Assembly: GCA_050115495.1 (NCBI GenBank)
Contig: JASFQK010000036.1
Location: forward strand, 11,216 to 75,215
DNA from: Phycisphaerae bacterium
GTDB taxonomy: Bacteria; Planctomycetota; Phycisphaerae; UBA1845; Fen-1342
Direction of reading: 5' to 3'
Length of the DNA: 64,000 nt
Part shown: positions 61,840 through 64,000 of the stretch, one piece after another
Layout: each line of letters starts with the position of its first letter
How positions within the stretch are numbered: position 1 is the stretch's first letter
The notes under the pieces: generated by a model
Told to the model about the DNA's origin: nothing
What the model saw: the letters and a program-made list of their open reading frames with translations, nothing else
Databases searched by the model: none
Program-made: the position numbers and the translations under genes

Positions 61840-63315
61840 ATGGTGTACAGACGCCTTGGGGTCGTGTGGTTGCTGGCGTGTGGTACCTGGCTCGCCGGGC
61901 CGGCGCTGGCTGACGAGGGGCATGCCGAGCATTGCCTCGTGGTGGACACGGACATGGGCCTGGACGACATCGTCACGCTGGCCCTGGTGTTGCAGAATCC
62001 CGACGTTGATCTCCATGCCGTCGTGGCTTGTGCGGGGGCGTCGTCGCCGGCGGGCGGTATCGAGTGCATCGAGCGCATGCTCGACCTATTCAATCGCCGA
62101 GACGTTGCCGTACACGAGCCGGCGCCGTCGTCCGATCGGCCGGCACCGCCCTATCGCGGTTATGCAGAGAAGGCTCTGCGTCAGGCGCTGCCCGCGTCGG
62201 TCACTCCGTGGCACAAGCCCTTCTCGCCCGACGTATACGTTGATATCGATGTGGACCACCACACGACCGTGCTGGCCCTCGGCCCGCTGACCAATCTGGC
62301 GGCGGCACTGCGCGAGCGTCCCGAGATCGCCGAGCGGATCGAGGAGATTATCATCCCGGGCCCGCCCTCGGCAGAGGCTAGCGGGAACGCCCGATTCGAC
62401 CCGGCGGCGTTTGCGGCAGTGTTGAAGTCGGGCGTACCGCTGGCGTTCGTCGAGTCCGCCGGCCAGGCGGGCAAGCCGGCCGCTTGGGCCGAGCCCAATC
62501 GACGCATCGGCCAGGGGACTTCGATCGCCGAGACCTTCCTGCAACGCCTTTTCGTCAACGCCGACGTTCGCAACCACTACGTGCGCGAGTACGACACGTT
62601 CTACGACGAACTGGCCTTCCTGCACTGCGTCGGCCCGCAGGTCTTCTCGGAGGTGACGAGGGAGCGCGCCAGCGAGGGCGAGCTGCATGTCTGTCGGCCG
62701 CGGTCGCGCGAGGCGGTGCTGAAGCTGCTCATGGAGCTGCTCGACAATGGCCGCCAGCACAAGGACCGCGTCGTCTTCGCCGAGGGCCCGCTGCCGGCCA
62801 GCATGTTCGCGCCGGACGTCCGCGCACGTCAGGCGGCGATCATCGAGAAGAACGGCGAGAACGAGTGGTTCGCCCAGCTTCTCATGAACGAGCTGCACGA
62901 GCATATGGGCGCCTATTCGGTCGTCGGCGTGAAAATGGGGTTGCGGGCGGCGGAGCTGCTCAACGCGCCGCAGCACGGGATGATGGTCGTTGCGCACACG
63001 CCTCCCGGTCCGCCGGTGAGTTGCCTCAACGACGGCGTGATCATGGCGACGGGCTGCACGCCGGGGCGGTGCCTGTTCCGGCACGAGCCGGGCGAGGACG
63101 GCCGCGTCGCGGTGACCTTCTCCTATAACGATGGTGAACTGACGCTTGTGCTGAAGCCCGAGTACCGCAAGCGCGTCCGCGAGGTGATCCAAGGTCTGCT
63201 CAAAGAGCACACACTCGAGGACAAGGAATACTGGGACGGCGTCCGCGTGCTGGGGCTCGACATCTGGGAGAACTGGCACCGGCGGGATCTGTTCGACATC
63301 GAGCCTGGCGCCTGA
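61840..63315 (+). CDS. Exported nucleoside hydrolase-like domain fused to FmdE-like domain
   Basis: Signal peptide; DTDMGLDD, LGPLTNLA, NARFDP.A; C-terminal ELHEH.G....G.KMG, SCLNDG....GCTPG. Confidence 0.75.
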   Translation: MVYRRLGVVWLLACGTWLAGPALADEGHAEHCLVVDTDMGLDDIVTLALVLQNPDVDLHAVVACAGASSPAGGIECIERMLDLFNRRDVAVHEPAPSSDRPAPPYRGYAEKALRQALPASVTPWHKPFSPDVYVDIDVDHHTTVLALGPLTNLAAALRERPEIAERIEEIIIPGPPSAEASGNARFDPAAFAAVLKSGVPLAFVESAGQAGKPAAWAEPNRRIGQGTSIAETFLQRLFVNADVRNHYVREYDTFYDELAFLHCVGPQVFSEVTRERASEGELHVCRPRSREAVLKLLMELLDNGRQHKDRVVFAEGPLPASMFAPDVRARQAAIIEKNGENEWFAQLLMNELHEHMGAYSVVGVKMGLRAAELLNAPQHGMMVVAHTPPGPPVSCLNDGVIMATGCTPGRCLFRHEPGEDGRVAVTFSYNDGELTLVLKPEYRKRVREVIQGLLKEHTLEDKEYWDGVRVLGLDIWENWHRRDLFDIEPGA

Positions 63316-63341
63316 GCTTGTGAGGCAATACCCGATCCTGT

Positions 63342-63415
63342 GTGGGTCGGGCGTCCCGCAGCGCTGGGTAGGTCCGGTCCCCCGAACACTGGGTGGGTCG
63401 GGCGTCTCGCCCGAC
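63342..63415 (+). repeat. REP-like direct repeats
   Basis: GTGGGTCGGGCGTC twice, the second forming hairpin GTCGGGCG-TCT-CGCCCGAC. Confidence 0.45.
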
Positions 63416-63506
63416 GTGGCTGTGGCTGCAAGGCGGCGGCGCGGGGCCCAGATTCAGACCGGGACGCCGCGCCGCCTTTGGTTCAGTGTGCCAGGATAGA
63501 CGGGGT

Positions 63507-63878
63507 TCAGTCGGCCAGGGCCGCCGCGACGGCTGCCCAGAACGCGCCTTCCTCGCTGTCGCCGTAGTATTCCGCGAGTTCCGCCGCCGCTTCGGTGATG
63601 AAGCTCAGTTCGTCGCCGAAGAGGGACGCTTCGAACATGGCGGCGACGGCCGCCGGCGTGGTGGCTCCACCGCCGGCGCGCTCCTCCGATTCGCCCGGCG
63701 GCGCGCAATCCGTATTCTCGCAGTTCGGGTGCGCGGTGTACCAAGCCGCCGGGTCCGAGACCTTCTGTGTAAACGGGGCGATGTCGAAGTTGTTGACGTA
63801 GCCATCGCAATTCATGTCCGCGTGGTAAAACGCGCAGCCGCGCAGACCGGGATAGGCAAGATCGTAGTTGCTGCCTAG
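63507..63878 (-). pseudogene. 3' fragment of a dockerin-like-module protein interrupted by IS630
   Basis: Frame reads LGSNYDLAYPGLRGCAFYHADMNCDGYVNNFDIAPF.. and abuts the IS end at CTAG 63875-63878. Confidence 0.75.
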
Positions 63879-64000
63879 TGTAGTGCCTCATTAGTTCGAT
63901 GACTTATCGAACGCTGCGTGCGTGCGCGTGATTTTCGGCAAGATATCCTGGAGGTCGGCAGTCCAGACGAATGGCTTGGGGTCGTCATTGTGCGTGTCGA
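63876..64000 (-). mobile_element. IS630-family insertion sequence, downstream end (transposase C-terminus, stop at 63891)
   Basis: Minus strand encodes DTHNDDPKPFVWTADLQDILPKITR..*; element ends ..CACTACACTAG, typical TA/CTAG junction; lower GC. Confidence 0.8.

Overview
Very GC-rich bacterial chromosome segment. Gene content (DUF1559-type prepilin, fused PilM cluster, dockerin-like tails, short GlmU) suggests a planctomycete, probably Phycisphaerae (inference). Left end: housekeeping operon glmU-prs-rplY-pth-rpsF-ssb-rpsR-rplI-dnaB, then a c-di-GMP pair, pdxA/ribE, two lipoproteins sharing an unrecognised repeat domain, ychF, a GH172-like protein and a pilM cluster. Middle (about 25-49 kb): a redox/anaerobiosis neighbourhood with sodA, a hemerythrin-like protein, nifJ plus a non-canonical DHODH-like gene, hypFCDE, a globin-coupled histidine kinase with a sigma54 activator, and malic enzyme; two clear sigma54-type promoters and candidate enhancer boxes are visible. 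Right end: secreted proteins, a prepilin cassette, an amidase, an NPP plus nucleoside-hydrolase/FmdE pair, and the end of an IS630 inserted into a gene. Best candidates for undescribed biology: (1) four secreted proteins sharing a dockerin-like 'NFDI' C-terminal tag, (2) a putative O2-sensing globin-kinase/sigma54 regulon, (3) three inverted-repeat elements with unique 34-38 nt cores, each placed right after a stop codon. No rRNA, tRNA or CRISPR array was recognised. All family calls come from motif recognition by eye; no database search was run.
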